A stretch of DNA of 64,000 nucleotides. Origin: Ignavibacterium sp. (GTDB lineage: Bacteria; Bacteroidota; Ignavibacteria; UBA10030). The DNA is taken from NCBI GenBank assembly GCA_039961715.1, contig JABRVW010000067.1, positions 18,396 to 82,395 on the forward strand. The letters run 5' to 3'. Below, in pieces: positions 39,319 through 49,973 of this stretch. Position numbers and translations under genes: made by a program. Below the pieces are notes generated by a model. It had not been told where the DNA came from. It saw only the letters and a list, made by a program, of their open reading frames with translations, and searched no databases. Position 1 is the first letter of the stretch. Each line of letters begins with the position of its first letter.

Positions 39319-40547
39319 GACGACGAACGTTTTTTCTCGGAATTCTGAGCGCGTTGATTGTCGGCCTTTCGCCGGCAGGCGGACCGGTGTATTCCCGGTT
39401 TGGCATTGGTGACCTGCTTTCGTTTGGAAGCAACCGTGCGAACGGCATGGGCATTATGGGGTATGCCTTGCGAGGGGACGGGTTCATCAACCTGGCAAAT
39501 CCCGCGGGCCTCTCAGGGCTCACGTACACACGCATCGCCGGGGGTTTTGATTATCGAACCCTCTCGCTCAGGGACGACTCAGGTTCCCAGCGGTTTGCCA
39601 CCGGCGGCTTTCAGAGCCTCGCGCTGGCTGTTCCCGTTGCGGACAGCGCAGGTGTGGTTCTGTTTGCCGGCGCGGTGCCGTACAGCATCGTGGCATACGA
39701 CGTTCGGGTACAATCGTTTGCCGGCAGTGCTTCCGTCAATCAGCGCATGAGCGGAACGGGCGGACTCTCAACGTTGAATCTGGGCGGCTCCTTTCGACTT
39801 TCACATGACGTCACGCTGGGTGTCGCGTTCTCCTACTATTATGGAACCATTCATCGCAGACTCGAGGTGGATTTCAATGACGATTCCTTTGCAAGCACAG
39901 AAGTGCGAACGACGTTGTCTCACAAGGGCCCGGGTTTTACCCTTGGAATGACTTACGGAGGCATCGGCTCGCTGTTCGGCACCCCCTCGCTTCCGCTGAC
40001 GCTTGGCCTTGTGTTCACGACACCTGCTTCGCTCTCCGTCAAGGAGGAGACGTTGTTGTTGACGGAGAGGACGGCGGATACGACGCAGACCCGGCGCGGC
40101 TCAGCACGCCTCCCTGCGGGCATCGGCCTGGGGCTCGCGTACGACGGCACCGGATTTGCCCTTTCGGGAGATCTGGCCCTCCAAGACTGGAGCTCCGCAA
40201 ACTTTTTTGAGACCCCTTCTGTTCAGGTCAGAAACAGCCTCAGGGCTGCTGCAGGAATTGAGTTCAAAGCGAAACAGGATCCCATAACGTATTGGGACCG
40301 GGTGGCATATAGGGCGGGTTTTGCGTATACTTCGTCTTACATAGCCGTGAACGGCCAGCCGATCAACTCGTGGGCTCTCTCCGGTGGCGTTGTCCTTCCC
40401 ATCGGACCCGACGCCCGGATGAGTGTGGATCTGACCGCAGGCTCCCGCGGCACGACTGACCGTGGCCTGGTTCGCGAGACCTTTTTCAGGCTTTCGGTTT
40501 CGGTGGATGCAAGCGAGGTCTGGTTCGTAACGATTGAAGAAGACTGA
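39315..40547 (+). CDS. Hypothetical outer-membrane beta-barrel (FadL/porin-like)
   Basis: Signal peptide, glycine/aromatic strand pattern throughout. ATGA overlap with the upstream gene. Confidence 0.6.
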   Translation: MRRRTFFLGILSALIVGLSPAGGPVYSRFGIGDLLSFGSNRANGMGIMGYALRGDGFINLANPAGLSGLTYTRIAGGFDYRTLSLRDDSGSQRFATGGFQSLALAVPVADSAGVVLFAGAVPYSIVAYDVRVQSFAGSASVNQRMSGTGGLSTLNLGGSFRLSHDVTLGVAFSYYYGTIHRRLEVDFNDDSFASTEVRTTLSHKGPGFTLGMTYGGIGSLFGTPSLPLTLGLVFTTPASLSVKEETLLLTERTADTTQTRRGSARLPAGIGLGLAYDGTGFALSGDLALQDWSSANFFETPSVQVRNSLRAAAGIEFKAKQDPITYWDRVAYRAGFAYTSSYIAVNGQPINSWALSGGVVLPIGPDARMSVDLTAGSRGTTDRGLVRETFFRLSVSVDASEVWFVTIEED

Positions 40548-40572
40548 CAGCCACAAAGGAGATCACAGAATA

Positions 40573-41844
40573 ATGAAACGACTCTTGCTCCTCCTCACTG
40601 TTGCCGCATGGATCGTCACAGGAAGTTCCATTGCGCAGGGGAACGACGCCGAAGCGGCGAAGAACTGGAGCCTGTTCTTTGAGTATCACAAGAACGGAGA
40701 CTACATTACGGCCGCTCCGTATGGCTGGAAGGTGATCCAGCTGAATCCGACGCGGTTCAAGACCGTCTACGCCAAGCTCGCGGAGTGTTATTTCAATTTT
40801 TCACAGAGCGCCCAGGGAGATGCACGGAAGGCCCACGTGGACACAATGATCGCGATCTATGACATGGGTATCAAGAATCTTCCCGACCGTGCCCCAAGCC
40901 TGTACCTTATGCGCGCCTACGCGCTGGAAAACTACACCGAAAGCGCGAGGGACCTCGAAGCGATCGACAGCTACGAAAAAGCAGTCGCCGGAGACACGTC
41001 GATTGCCTTTGCCTACTTCGACCGGCTCGGCCTGCTGTACATGAAGCACATGGAGGAAACACCCTCATTCCGCACAAAGGCCATTGAGTTGTACCGGACC
41101 CAGAAGGAGCGTGATCAGGACAATCCGGTCATCATCGATCGGCTCCGGACGCTCATCAGCGATCCGCAGGAACTGATCAAGATCGCCGAGGAGGATCTGA
41201 AGAACGACCCGAACAACCTTGAAAAGATGTGGAATGCGGCGCAGGCGTACATTGAGGGAGAGCAATTTAACGGCGCCGAACGGCACCTTCTGGCCCTGGT
41301 GAAGAAATCCCCCAAGACAGCGACGTATTGGAATGAGCTGGGAAAGGTGCGCCAGCGGAGCGGAAAATACCGCCAGGCGATCGACGCCTATGAAGAGGCG
41401 CTCAAGCTTAATCCCGCCCTTCGGGAGAACCATTTGAACATCACGGTCTGCTATCGCATGATGAAGAACTTCAGCGCTGCCCGGGAGACGGCACGGCGTG
41501 CGGCCCGGCTCGAGCGGGGTTGGGGCAGACCGTACATGGAATTGGCCGAAGTCTACAAGGCCGCCGTCGAGGCCTGCATCAAGGACACCAAGAACGGCGA
41601 TTGGTCGAAACTCGACATCGACGACAAGCTCGTGTACCGTCTGGCCCAGGATGCCCTCCAGGACGCGAAGAGGGTGGAACCTGCGCTCGCCTCGGAAGCA
41701 AACCAGCGCTACAGCGAGCTTTCGACCCTCGTCCCCACCAAGGAAGATCTCTTCTTCAATAAAGACCGTATCATCAACGGCCGGATGAGGATCATGGGAT
41801 CGTGTTATTCCTGGGTCGAAGAACAGGTTGCCGTTTCCCTCTGA
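40573..41844 (+). CDS. Secreted tetratricopeptide (TPR) repeat protein
   Basis: Start re-picked to MKRLLLLLTVAAWIVTGSSIAQG. TPR-like helices present ([30 protein letters not shown] and others). Confidence 0.7.
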   Translation: MKRLLLLLTVAAWIVTGSSIAQGNDAEAAKNWSLFFEYHKNGDYITAAPYGWKVIQLNPTRFKTVYAKLAECYFNFSQSAQGDARKAHVDTMIAIYDMGIKNLPDRAPSLYLMRAYALENYTESARDLEAIDSYEKAVAGDTSIAFAYFDRLGLLYMKHMEETPSFRTKAIELYRTQKERDQDNPVIIDRLRTLISDPQELIKIAEEDLKNDPNNLEKMWNAAQAYIEGEQFNGAERHLLALVKKSPKTATYWNELGKVRQRSGKYRQAIDAYEEALKLNPALRENHLNITVCYRMMKNFSAARETARRAARLERGWGRPYMELAEVYKAAVEACIKDTKNGDWSKLDIDDKLVYRLAQDALQDAKRVEPALASEANQRYSELSTLVPTKEDLFFNKDRIINGRMRIMGSCYSWVEEQVAVSL

Positions 41845-41845
41845 C

Positions 41846-42283
41846 ATGGTAGCCATCGGTAGCGACCACGCGGGATATGAGTACAAGGAGCAGCTGAAGA
41901 AGCTGTTGGCCGATCTGAAGATCCCGTTCAAGGACTTCGGGCCAGACAGTCCTGAGTCCACCGACTATCCTGACTGGGCGCAAAAGGTCGCCCGGAGCGT
42001 GTCCACGGGAGAATGTGAACACGGAATCCTGGTCTGTGGCACCGGAATCGGCATGGCGATTGTCGCCAACAAGCATAAGGGCGTCCGGGCGGCGCCCTGC
42101 GAATCGGTGACAGCGGCACGTCTTGCCCGCCGGCACAACAATGCAAATGTCCTCACCATCGGCGCCCGGTTGACTGGCTGGGAAGCGGTCGCCGACATCG
42201 TCAGGACGTTTTTTTCCGAGCCCTTCGAGGGCGGACGGCATGAACGGCGGGTTCAGAAGATCCACACACTGACCAGCCTTTGA
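41846..42283 (+). CDS. rpiB: Ribose-5-phosphate isomerase B
   Basis: [27 protein letters not shown], 145 aa. Confidence 0.92.
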   Translation: MVAIGSDHAGYEYKEQLKKLLADLKIPFKDFGPDSPESTDYPDWAQKVARSVSTGECEHGILVCGTGIGMAIVANKHKGVRAAPCESVTAARLARRHNNANVLTIGARLTGWEAVADIVRTFFSEPFEGGRHERRVQKIHTLTSL

Positions 42284-42333
42284 CCGCGTTGCGGTCCCCG
42301 TTCCGTCTCATCCTCACTTCCAGAGCATCCATC

Positions 42334-43638
42334 ATGAAGAACTCTCTTCAGCAGGTTGACCCTGCGGTCTTCGCGGCCCTTGCCGGGGAAATCCACCGTC
42401 AGAACTCCACCCTGGAACTCATCGCATCTGAAAACTTCGTCAGCCTTGCGGTCCTCGAAGCGCTTGGATCGGTGATGACGAACAAGTATGCCGAGGGATA
42501 TCCGGGACGGCGGTACTATGGAGGATGTGAATTTGTGGATCAGGCGGAGAACCTGGCCCGCGAACGCGTACAACAATTGTTCGGAGCCGCATACGCCAAC
42601 GTTCAGCCGCATTCCGGCTCCCAAGCCAATATGGCCGTGTATTTTTCGTTTCTGAAGCCCGGAGACAAAGTCCTCGGCATGGACCTCTCCCACGGCGGGC
42701 ACCTGACCCACGGATCTCCGGTGAACTTCTCCGGACAACTCTATTCCTTCGCCGCGTATGGCGTGTCGCGCGAAACCGGAATGATCGATTACAACCGTGT
42801 GGAGGACATCGCCCGCAAGGAGCGTCCGCGAATGATCACTGTCGGAGCCAGCGCCTACTCGCGCAACATCGACTACAAGGCCTTCCGCCAGATCGCCGAT
42901 GCAGTCGGGGCGTTTCTCTTTGCGGACATCGCGCATCCGGCCGGCCTGATTGCCGCCAAACTGCTCAACGATCCCCTTCCCCATTGCCATGTGGTCACGT
43001 CCACCACCCACAAAACCCTGAGGGGACCGAGGGGCGGTTTGATCCTCATGGGACGGGACTTCGAAAACCCATTCGGCGTTGTCGCACCAAAGTCCGGCAG
43101 AAAGAAGATGATGTCAGAGTTGATCGATTCCATGGTCATTCCGGGCATTCAGGGCGGACCACTCATGCACGTCATCGCTGCAAAAGCCGTCGGGTTCGGG
43201 GAGAACCTGCGTCCCGAATTTGTGCAGTACTCCCGCCAGGTCATCCGGAATGCGCAGGCCCTTGCCCGAGCGCTGACCGAGCGCGGATTCCAGGTGATTT
43301 CGGGAGGGACAGACAATCACCTCATGCTTATCGACCTTCGCAACAAGAACGTGACAGGAAAGCAGGCCCAGGAGGCCCTTGACCAGGCCGGTATTACGGT
43401 GAACAAGAATGCGGTGCCCTTTGACGATAAATCCCCGTTCATTACCAGCGGGATCCGGATCGGCACTCCGGCTCTGACAACCCGGGGAATGAAGGAGCCG
43501 GAGATGGACCGGATTGCAGGACTGATCGACAAGGTCATCACGAATCTCGACAAGCCCGGCATTTTCAAATCCGTCCACACCGAGGTCGAGACGCTGTGCG
43601 CTGCTTTTCCTCTGTACCCTGAAATCGGCAGATCCTGA
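42334..43638 (+). CDS. glyA: Serine hydroxymethyltransferase
   Basis: [20 protein letters not shown] (PLP lysine), full-length SHMT pattern. Confidence 0.97.
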   Translation: MKNSLQQVDPAVFAALAGEIHRQNSTLELIASENFVSLAVLEALGSVMTNKYAEGYPGRRYYGGCEFVDQAENLARERVQQLFGAAYANVQPHSGSQANMAVYFSFLKPGDKVLGMDLSHGGHLTHGSPVNFSGQLYSFAAYGVSRETGMIDYNRVEDIARKERPRMITVGASAYSRNIDYKAFRQIADAVGAFLFADIAHPAGLIAAKLLNDPLPHCHVVTSTTHKTLRGPRGGLILMGRDFENPFGVVAPKSGRKKMMSELIDSMVIPGIQGGPLMHVIAAKAVGFGENLRPEFVQYSRQVIRNAQALARALTERGFQVISGGTDNHLMLIDLRNKNVTGKQAQEALDQAGITVNKNAVPFDDKSPFITSGIRIGTPALTTRGMKEPEMDRIAGLIDKVITNLDKPGIFKSVHTEVETLCAAFPLYPEIGRS

Positions 43639-43641
43639 CCC

Positions 43642-44448
43642 ATGGTTCCCTTCCTGAAACGAGGCGGCGGTGCAGCTGACCAGCAGGAGATGTCGTTCCT
43701 GGACCACCTTGAGGAACTCCGCTGGCATATCATCCGCGCCCTGATCGGGTTGCTGGTGGCCACGGCGATTTGCGGCGTCTACGCCGACCTGATCGTGCAG
43801 GACATCCTGATGCGCCCGCTCCGCGAAGCAGGGCTCAAGGCACAGGTGCTCACGCCGTACGGAATCGTGCTTCTGTATATGCAGACGGTCCTGATCTGCG
43901 GGCTGATCGTGAGCATGCCAAACACTCTCTATTGGTTGTGGAAGTTCGTGGCACCAGGCCTGTTGCCGAAAGAACGACGATATGTTGCGAGGGTCGTCTT
44001 CCTCACATCATTCTGTTTTTTCGGAGGAGTCGCGTTTTCCTATTTCATCCTTCTTCCCTATTCCCTGACATTCTTTGCAACGTTTGGGACACAATCCATC
44101 GACCTGAACATAGCCATCGACCATTATATCGGGTTCATTCTCACCCTGCTCCTCGGCGCCGGGCTTGTGTTCGAGCTTCCGATGATCTCGTATTTCCTCA
44201 CGAAGATCGGATTCCTGACACCGGAGTTCATGCGGCAATACCGCAGGCACTCGATCGTGGTCATCCTGATCCTCGCGGCCCTCGTCACACCGACACCCGA
44301 TCCCCTGACGCAGTTGATGCTCGCCGTCCCCCTTTTGCTCTTGTATGAAACCAGCATCTTCGTTTCCAAGATGGCTCTGAAGCAATCCGAAGCCGAACGC
44401 GCAGTTGCGGCGGATGAGTCCGCCACCGCCGGGGGGCATTCCTCATGA
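43642..44448 (+). CDS. tatC: Twin-arginine translocase subunit TatC
   Basis: MSFLDHLEELRWHII start region and a six-TM pattern. The true start may be the second Met. Confidence 0.9.
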   Translation: MVPFLKRGGGAADQQEMSFLDHLEELRWHIIRALIGLLVATAICGVYADLIVQDILMRPLREAGLKAQVLTPYGIVLLYMQTVLICGLIVSMPNTLYWLWKFVAPGLLPKERRYVARVVFLTSFCFFGGVAFSYFILLPYSLTFFATFGTQSIDLNIAIDHYIGFILTLLLGAGLVFELPMISYFLTKIGFLTPEFMRQYRRHSIVVILILAALVTPTPDPLTQLMLAVPLLLLYETSIFVSKMALKQSEAERAVAADESATAGGHSS

Positions 44449-45440
44449 CGCTTGCCGGCAAACGCGTTGTGACGCTGGACCACATCCGGGAACCTATTCG
44501 GGAGGAGCTTCGCGAGTTTGAGCGGTACTTCCGGGAAGCCATGCGCTCGAACGTCGGCCTTGTCGATCTGGTTGCCCGATACCTGGTGCGTCAGAAGGGA
44601 AAGAAAGTCCGCCCTCTCCTCGTCCTCTTGAGCGCCAAAGCCTGCGGGCAAATCACGGCAAAGACGATGCGCGGCGCCACGCTGGTGGAGATTCTGCACA
44701 CCGCCACGCTCGTTCACGATGATGTGGTCGATGATGCCGACACGAGGAGGGGATTCGCATCGATCAACGCCGTCTGGAAGAACAAGATTGCCGTTCTCAT
44801 GGGCGACTATCTGCTTGCCCGGGGATTGCTGTTGTCGCTGGAACATTCCGACCACTACTTCCTGCACGCCACTTCACGCGCCGTGAAGCGGATGAGCGAG
44901 GGAGAGCTGTTGCAGATCCAGAAGAGCCGGCAGTTGGACATCGATGAGGAGACCTACCTGAGGATCATCGGAGACAAGACAGCCTCCCTGCTCTCAACCT
45001 GCACGGACATCGGATGCGCCAGTGTCAGCGATGACCAGGAACTTCGCGCAATCATGCGCGCGTTTGGGGAACATGTCGGGATGGCCTTCCAGATCCGGGA
45101 TGACCTGCTGGATTACCTGGGACGAAAGAGCATCATTGGAAAACCCACGGGGATCGACCTGAAGGAAAAGAAACTGACTCTGCCGCTCATTCACGCTTTG
45201 AGGGAAGCGGATCGGAGGGACTCCCGGAAGGCGCTCGGGATCATCCGGGGTGGCGCCAAGACAAAAGAGATTCCTTGGATTGTGGAGTTTGTACGAAACA
45301 ACGGTGGGATTGAGTACGCTCTTGCGAAGGCAGCTCACTATGCCGGTCTCGCCCGGCAGAATCTCACCTCCCTGGCGGACACCCCCGCACGCGAGGCCTT
45401 GCTTCAGTTCGTGGACTACGTGATGGACCGCGAGGCCTGA
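44445..45440 (+). CDS. Polyprenyl diphosphate synthase (trans-IPPS, IspB-like)
   Basis: First DDxxD LVHDDVVDD, second QIRDDLLD. ATGA overlap with tatC. Confidence 0.92.
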   Translation: MTLAGKRVVTLDHIREPIREELREFERYFREAMRSNVGLVDLVARYLVRQKGKKVRPLLVLLSAKACGQITAKTMRGATLVEILHTATLVHDDVVDDADTRRGFASINAVWKNKIAVLMGDYLLARGLLLSLEHSDHYFLHATSRAVKRMSEGELLQIQKSRQLDIDEETYLRIIGDKTASLLSTCTDIGCASVSDDQELRAIMRAFGEHVGMAFQIRDDLLDYLGRKSIIGKPTGIDLKEKKLTLPLIHALREADRRDSRKALGIIRGGAKTKEIPWIVEFVRNNGGIEYALAKAAHYAGLARQNLTSLADTPAREALLQFVDYVMDREA

Positions 45441-45441
45441 T

Positions 45442-45966
45442 TTACTTCACAAATTCCCGCTCACCTGAACGAACCACCAGCACCGGACACGGCGCCTTGC
45501 GGACGACTTTTTCCGCCGTACTGCCGAACAGCACGTGCTCAATGCCCGTGTGTCCGTGCGTGGCGATGATGATCAGATCCATCTTTTCCTCCCTGGCATA
45601 GAGGATAATCTCGTAAAAGGCCTTCCCCGTTCGCACAGCCCTCCTGGCCTTGACCCTCTTCCCAATCTCCTTCTCGACCAGCTCGTCCAGCTCCTCCGCC
45701 CCGCGCTTCCTCAATTCATCCTCGATGGCGGGAAAACCCACCTGCCCGAAACTGAAGTCCGCCGGATAGACGGTTGGTTCCACCACGTACACAAGGTCGA
45801 TGGTCGCTCCGAACTGTTCGGCAAACGGGATGGCGTACCGGAGAGCTTTGCGTGAATGGTCTGAGAAATCGATTGGAACGAGGATCCGGTTCAGGTCGAT
45901 CGTCGAGGGCCATTTACGCCCCTGGCGTCTGACCGCGCTCTTCCTTGCTGTTTTCTTGCGGGCCAT
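45442..45966 (-). CDS. Universal stress protein (UspA family)
   Basis: ILVPIDFSDHS ... GHTGIEHVLFGSTAEKVVRKAPCPVLVV. With the ATG at 45966 it overlaps the upstream gene by 53 nt, so the start is uncertain. Confidence 0.8.
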   Translation of the reverse strand: MARKKTARKSAVRRQGRKWPSTIDLNRILVPIDFSDHSRKALRYAIPFAEQFGATIDLVYVVEPTVYPADFSFGQVGFPAIEDELRKRGAEELDELVEKEIGKRVKARRAVRTGKAFYEIILYAREEKMDLIIIATHGHTGIEHVLFGSTAEKVVRKAPCPVLVVRSGEREFVK

Positions 45967-46525
45967 TGGTCTTCCTTTCAAATTCCGCCCGGAGGGCATC
46001 CATTTGGCTTTTCAATCTGGAGAGTTCCTTGTCCGTCTTCCGGAGGCGCTCGCCGACGATTTCCGCGAGCTTCGACACGATCTTGACCCCGAGAGCCGGC
46101 TTCCGTTCGATCAGTTCCATCAAATCGGGTCGAAAGAATCCGATCAGCAGGCAATCCGTCTTGCAGAGAGCCGCCGCGGACCGCGGGGACTCGTCGAGCA
46201 ATGCGAGCTCGCCGAAGAAATCCCCCTCGGTCAGCACCGCCAGTTCCTTTTGCTCCCCGTCCTGCTCGGATATCACGATGGCGACCGAGCCTTCCTGAAT
46301 GATGTACATCCCCAGACCCGGATCGCCCTGATAGAACACCGGCTCTCCGGCGCGGTATTCGCGTTTGTGGACGATTGCCGCGACCTCCTTGAGCTCGCGA
46401 AACGACAAGTGCGCGAACGCCGGCACCCGGCTCAGGAGCTCATGGGTCGATCCCTTCCGGACACTGCGGCCGGAAAAGATGTTCTTCCAAATCGTGGATT
46501 CGCCGACGAATTTCGGGACGGCCAT
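45914..46525 (-). CDS. Cyclic-nucleotide-binding domain protein
   Basis: Start re-picked to the ATG at 46525. cNMP motif FFGELALL...PRSAAALC. C-terminal coiled-coil tail and no obvious HTH. Confidence 0.75.
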   Translation of the reverse strand: MAVPKFVGESTIWKNIFSGRSVRKGSTHELLSRVPAFAHLSFRELKEVAAIVHKREYRAGEPVFYQGDPGLGMYIIQEGSVAIVISEQDGEQKELAVLTEGDFFGELALLDESPRSAAALCKTDCLLIGFFRPDLMELIERKPALGVKIVSKLAEIVGERLRKTDKELSRLKSQMDALRAEFERKTNGPQENSKEERGQTPGA

Positions 46526-46526
46526 G

Positions 46527-47444
46527 TCAGACAGACGTAAGCCAGTTGAACCGATCGTTTCCGTTGCGCACGATGTCAAAGAAGGCCGTCTGCAGCGCAC
46601 GCGTCACCGGCCCGGGCTTTCCTTCACCCACCATGATCTTGTCCACCGACCGGATAGGGGTAATCTCCGCCGCCGTCCCGCTGAAGAAAGCCTCTTCCAC
46701 CGTGAACAGCATTTCCCGTGGAATGTTCATTTCCACAACGGCATATCCCAGATCCTTCGCCAGTGTGATGATGGCCGACCTCGTCACACCCGGCAGCAGC
46801 GCCGCCGACAAGGGGGGCGTGAAGACAGTCTTGTCCCGGATCAGAAAAATGTTCTCTCCGCTTCCCTCGCTGACGTTGCCGAAGAAGTCGAGCGCGATGC
46901 CCTCGACATAGCCTCCCGCGATGGCTTCGAGCTTGATCAGTTGGGAATTAAGGTAGTTCCCGCTTGATTTCGCCATCGTCGCAAAAGTGTTGGGCGCGGG
47001 ACGCTGCCAGGAAGCAACACAGACGTCGATTCCGCGTTCCAGCGCCTCCTCTCCAAGATACGCGCCCCACTCCCAAACCGCAATAGAGACGTCCACGGGA
47101 CATCCCAGAGGATTCACTCCCACTTCCCCATACCCTCGGTACACGAGGGGACGAATGTAGCAGGCCTTGAGCTTGTTTGCGCGGATCGTCTCCTTGATCG
47201 CCCCTTCAAGCTGTTCCCTGGTGTAGGGAATGACGGACCGGTAAATTTTCACCGAATCGTACAACCGTCGCAGGTGGGCATCCAGCCTGAAGATCGCGGA
47301 ACCCTTTTTGGTTTCATAACAGCGGATCCCTTCAAACCATCCCGATCCGTAATGAATAACGTGAGACAGAATATGGATCTTCGCGTCATCCCATTTCACG
47401 AGCTTTCCGTTCATCCAGATAACGTCTGCTTTCTTGACTGGCAT
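46527..47444 (-). CDS. ilvE: Branched-chain amino acid aminotransferase (class IV)
   Basis: 305 aa. YHYGSGWFEGIRCY-type start, EGSGENIF, class IV fold pattern. Confidence 0.93.
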   Translation of the reverse strand: MPVKKADVIWMNGKLVKWDDAKIHILSHVIHYGSGWFEGIRCYETKKGSAIFRLDAHLRRLYDSVKIYRSVIPYTREQLEGAIKETIRANKLKACYIRPLVYRGYGEVGVNPLGCPVDVSIAVWEWGAYLGEEALERGIDVCVASWQRPAPNTFATMAKSSGNYLNSQLIKLEAIAGGYVEGIALDFFGNVSEGSGENIFLIRDKTVFTPPLSAALLPGVTRSAIITLAKDLGYAVVEMNIPREMLFTVEEAFFSGTAAEITPIRSVDKIMVGEGKPGPVTRALQTAFFDIVRNGNDRFNWLTSV

Positions 47445-47467
47445 GATGACATCCTTTGCTGGTGAGA

Positions 47468-48586
47468 TTACAAAGGCTTTTCGTAAATGCGGTAGGTTTT
47501 GTACGCTTCCCCCCGCAGGGTCTGCGCCGCCTTGATCATCCTGTCGTTGTCCTCCAGGATCCAGCCGGCCTCGCCGTAGTGATATCCCAGAGACCGCGCC
47601 CGCGCCGCCGTTTCGTAGAACAGCACCCCCGCCGCCCCTGTCGGCTGATGCTCAGGCAGGACCCCGAGGACGATGATCCGCACCAGATTGATCTTCTTCT
47701 TGTGCAGGACCAGCCTCAGAAGCCCCGGAAGGAGTCTTCCCTTCTTGTTATGCCGCAGGGCAATGTTAATATCGGGAAGAGAAAGTGCAAATCCAATGGT
47801 TTTCCCTTTGAGCTCCGCGAAGAGCACCAATTCAGGAATCACTATCGGTTTCAGGTCCGCCGCCAGCGCGTCGATTTCTGCATCTGTAAGAGGGACCGCC
47901 CCCCAGTTATACGCCCATGCCTTGTTGTAGATCTCTTTGATCAACTGGACTTCGCTCTTGAACTTCCTCATGTCCATTGAGCGGATTGTCAGGCCGTATC
48001 GCTCCTTCACAAGATTATTGACGCGTTCGAGCTTCTCCGAGTAGACCGTGTCCTGCGAGAGCAGGTAGGAATACAGATCCTTTGCTTTTTGGAGGCCGTA
48101 GGACTCCAGGAGGTCGATATAGTAGGGGGGATTGTACGGCATGAGGATGACCGGCGGCTTGTCGAACGCGTCGACGAGCAAACCGTACTCGTCGTTCACC
48201 GACGGTGTGGCGGGGCCGCGCATTCTCTCCATGCCGTGAGCCCTCAGGAACTGCGCTGCCTGGTCGAGCAGGGCGTGTGCGGCTTCTCTGTCGTTCAGGC
48301 ACTCAAAGAAACCGAAGAACCCGACCTTGTCCTTGTGTTCCTTGTTGTGGTTATGGTTAACGATGGCTGCGATCCGTCCCACCACGCGTCCGCTGCGCTC
48401 GGCGAGATAGAACTCCGCTTCAGCATGCTGATAGAAGGGGTTTTTTTTCCGGTCCATTAGCTTCCGGCGGTCCATCCAGAGAGGGGGGACCCAGGCGGGA
48501 TTGCCGGCATAGACCGTCCAGAGAAATCCGATGAAGCGCCTTGTGTCGGCTGCCGTTCTGACGGGCCGGATGATCAACGAGCTCAT
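47468..48586 (-). CDS. GNAT-superfamily N-acyltransferase, about 370 aa (candidate lipid N-acyltransferase)
   Basis: C-terminal GNAT core with acyl-CoA motif QPTGAA (Q/R-x-x-G-x-G/A) and a preceding GNAT-like half. Lies 112 nt downstream of the alpha-oxoamine synthase gene on the same strand. Confidence 0.7.
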   Translation of the reverse strand: MSSLIIRPVRTAADTRRFIGFLWTVYAGNPAWVPPLWMDRRKLMDRKKNPFYQHAEAEFYLAERSGRVVGRIAAIVNHNHNKEHKDKVGFFGFFECLNDREAAHALLDQAAQFLRAHGMERMRGPATPSVNDEYGLLVDAFDKPPVILMPYNPPYYIDLLESYGLQKAKDLYSYLLSQDTVYSEKLERVNNLVKERYGLTIRSMDMRKFKSEVQLIKEIYNKAWAYNWGAVPLTDAEIDALAADLKPIVIPELVLFAELKGKTIGFALSLPDINIALRHNKKGRLLPGLLRLVLHKKKINLVRIIVLGVLPEHQPTGAAGVLFYETAARARSLGYHYGEAGWILEDNDRMIKAAQTLRGEAYKTYRIYEKPL

Positions 48587-48698
48587 GAGCGGGTTATCCG
48601 GTCATCAAGGCGTCGTGGGATGGCGAAAGAGATGGAGATGGGAAACGATGGCCGTATCGGAGAGTGTCGGCGCCACTATCCATGGAGTGCCGGTTCGT

Positions 48699-49916
48699 TC
48701 AGGTGATGACGCCCAGGCTTTTCCCAACATTCTTGAAGATCTCGAGGGCCTTGTCCAGATGTTCGTCTTCGTGTGTCGCCATGTAGCTTGTCCTGAGCAT
48801 TTCCATGCCCGGAGGAACGCCTGGCCTGATGAACGCGTTGACGAACAAGCCCGCATCGAACAATCCGCGCCACATCCTCAGAACCTTTTCCGTGTCGCCG
48901 ATGATCACCGGCACCACGGCCGAGTCATGCTCGCCCACCCGATAGCCCATTCGAGCCAATCCTGTTCGCATTTTCCGGGCATTTCTCATAAGCCTGTCGA
49001 TCCGCTCAGGTTCTTTTTCGAGGATGTCCAGGGCGGCGAGTGCTGCAGCAACGGAAGACGGCGTGGGGCTGGCGCTGAAGATCAGGGCCGGTGCCTGGTG
49101 TTTCAGATAGTCGATCACCACGCTGTCCCCCACCACAAATCCGCCCAGCGAGGCAAACGTTTTGCTGAAGGTCCCCATCGTCATGTCCGTTTCCTTCTCC
49201 AGCCCGTAGTGGCTTGCCGTTCCGCGTCCCCCTTTTCCGATCACTCCCACAGCGTGCGCGTCATCCACGAGGATTCGCCCGTTGTATTTCCTGGCAATCC
49301 TCACCATTTCGGGAAGGTTCACGATTTCGCCGGACGTGCTGAAGATCCCGTCGGACACAATCAGCTTTCCCGCTTCGGCGGGGAGTTTTGAAATCACCGA
49401 TTCCAGGTGATTCATGTCATTGTGCTTGTACCGCACGATCGTTTTGGCTTCGCCATTGACCAGGGCGTTTGCCCCCGCCGCCATGAGATTTCCGGCAACA
49501 ATGCAGGCGTGGTTGTCTTTGTCCGATACAACGTATTCGCCCCGTTGAACGAGGGTCGGGATGATTCCCTGGGCCGTCTGGTATCCCGTGCTGTAGAGGA
49601 GACAGTCCTCCTTGCCGAAGAAAGCGGCGAGCCGTCTCTCCAGCTCCACGTGAAGATCCAGAGTGCCGGTCAGATACCGGGAACCGGAACATCCTGTTCC
49701 GTACTTGTCGATTGCCTTTCGGGCCGCTTCCTTGACGCGGGGATCCGCGGTGAGACCGAGGTAGTTGTTGGACCCGGCCATGATGACCGTCCGCCCCCCG
49801 ATGCGAACAACCGGTCCCTCGTTTTCTTCGATGGCATGAAAGTAGGGATACAATCCCATTGCTTTCGTTTCGTTGGCGCGGGTGAATTGCCTGCACTTTT
49901 CAAAAAGATCCAACAC
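48699..49916 (-). CDS. Alpha-oxoamine synthase family PLP enzyme, serine palmitoyltransferase-like
   Basis: [59 protein letters not shown] (PLP Lys). By recalled alignment, the STGY and GTFSK..GGFV blocks match Spt sequences rather than E. coli Kbl (SSCFDAN, GTLGKALGGASGGY). GTG/TTG start. Confidence 0.85.
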   Translation of the reverse strand: MLDLFEKCRQFTRANETKAMGLYPYFHAIEENEGPVVRIGGRTVIMAGSNNYLGLTADPRVKEAARKAIDKYGTGCSGSRYLTGTLDLHVELERRLAAFFGKEDCLLYSTGYQTAQGIIPTLVQRGEYVVSDKDNHACIVAGNLMAAGANALVNGEAKTIVRYKHNDMNHLESVISKLPAEAGKLIVSDGIFSTSGEIVNLPEMVRIARKYNGRILVDDAHAVGVIGKGGRGTASHYGLEKETDMTMGTFSKTFASLGGFVVGDSVVIDYLKHQAPALIFSASPTPSSVAAALAALDILEKEPERIDRLMRNARKMRTGLARMGYRVGEHDSAVVPVIIGDTEKVLRMWRGLFDAGLFVNAFIRPGVPPGMEMLRTSYMATHEDEHLDKALEIFKNVGKSLGVIT

Positions 49917-49973
49917 TCAGCTCCGGGATTGTATGGGAGAAAACTTCCGACACCGTTGGAAGTCAGGGCAATT

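Noticed and set aside
45914-45966. 53-nt overlap between the cNMP-binding gene's 3' end and the USP gene start, as a possible frameshift or fusion.
   Set aside because: The two frames differ and both proteins look complete. This is most likely just an uncertain USP start or a genuine overlap.
49407-49973. The 541-aa version of the epimerase-family ORF, and similar long N-terminal extensions of many track ORFs (8181-9683, 14165-15340, 16365-17369, 20093-20785, 56933-58003, 54514-55482).
   Set aside because: The extensions overlap neighbouring genes and are Arg/Pro-rich. They precede obvious signal peptides or conserved N-termini, so the internal starts fit far better.
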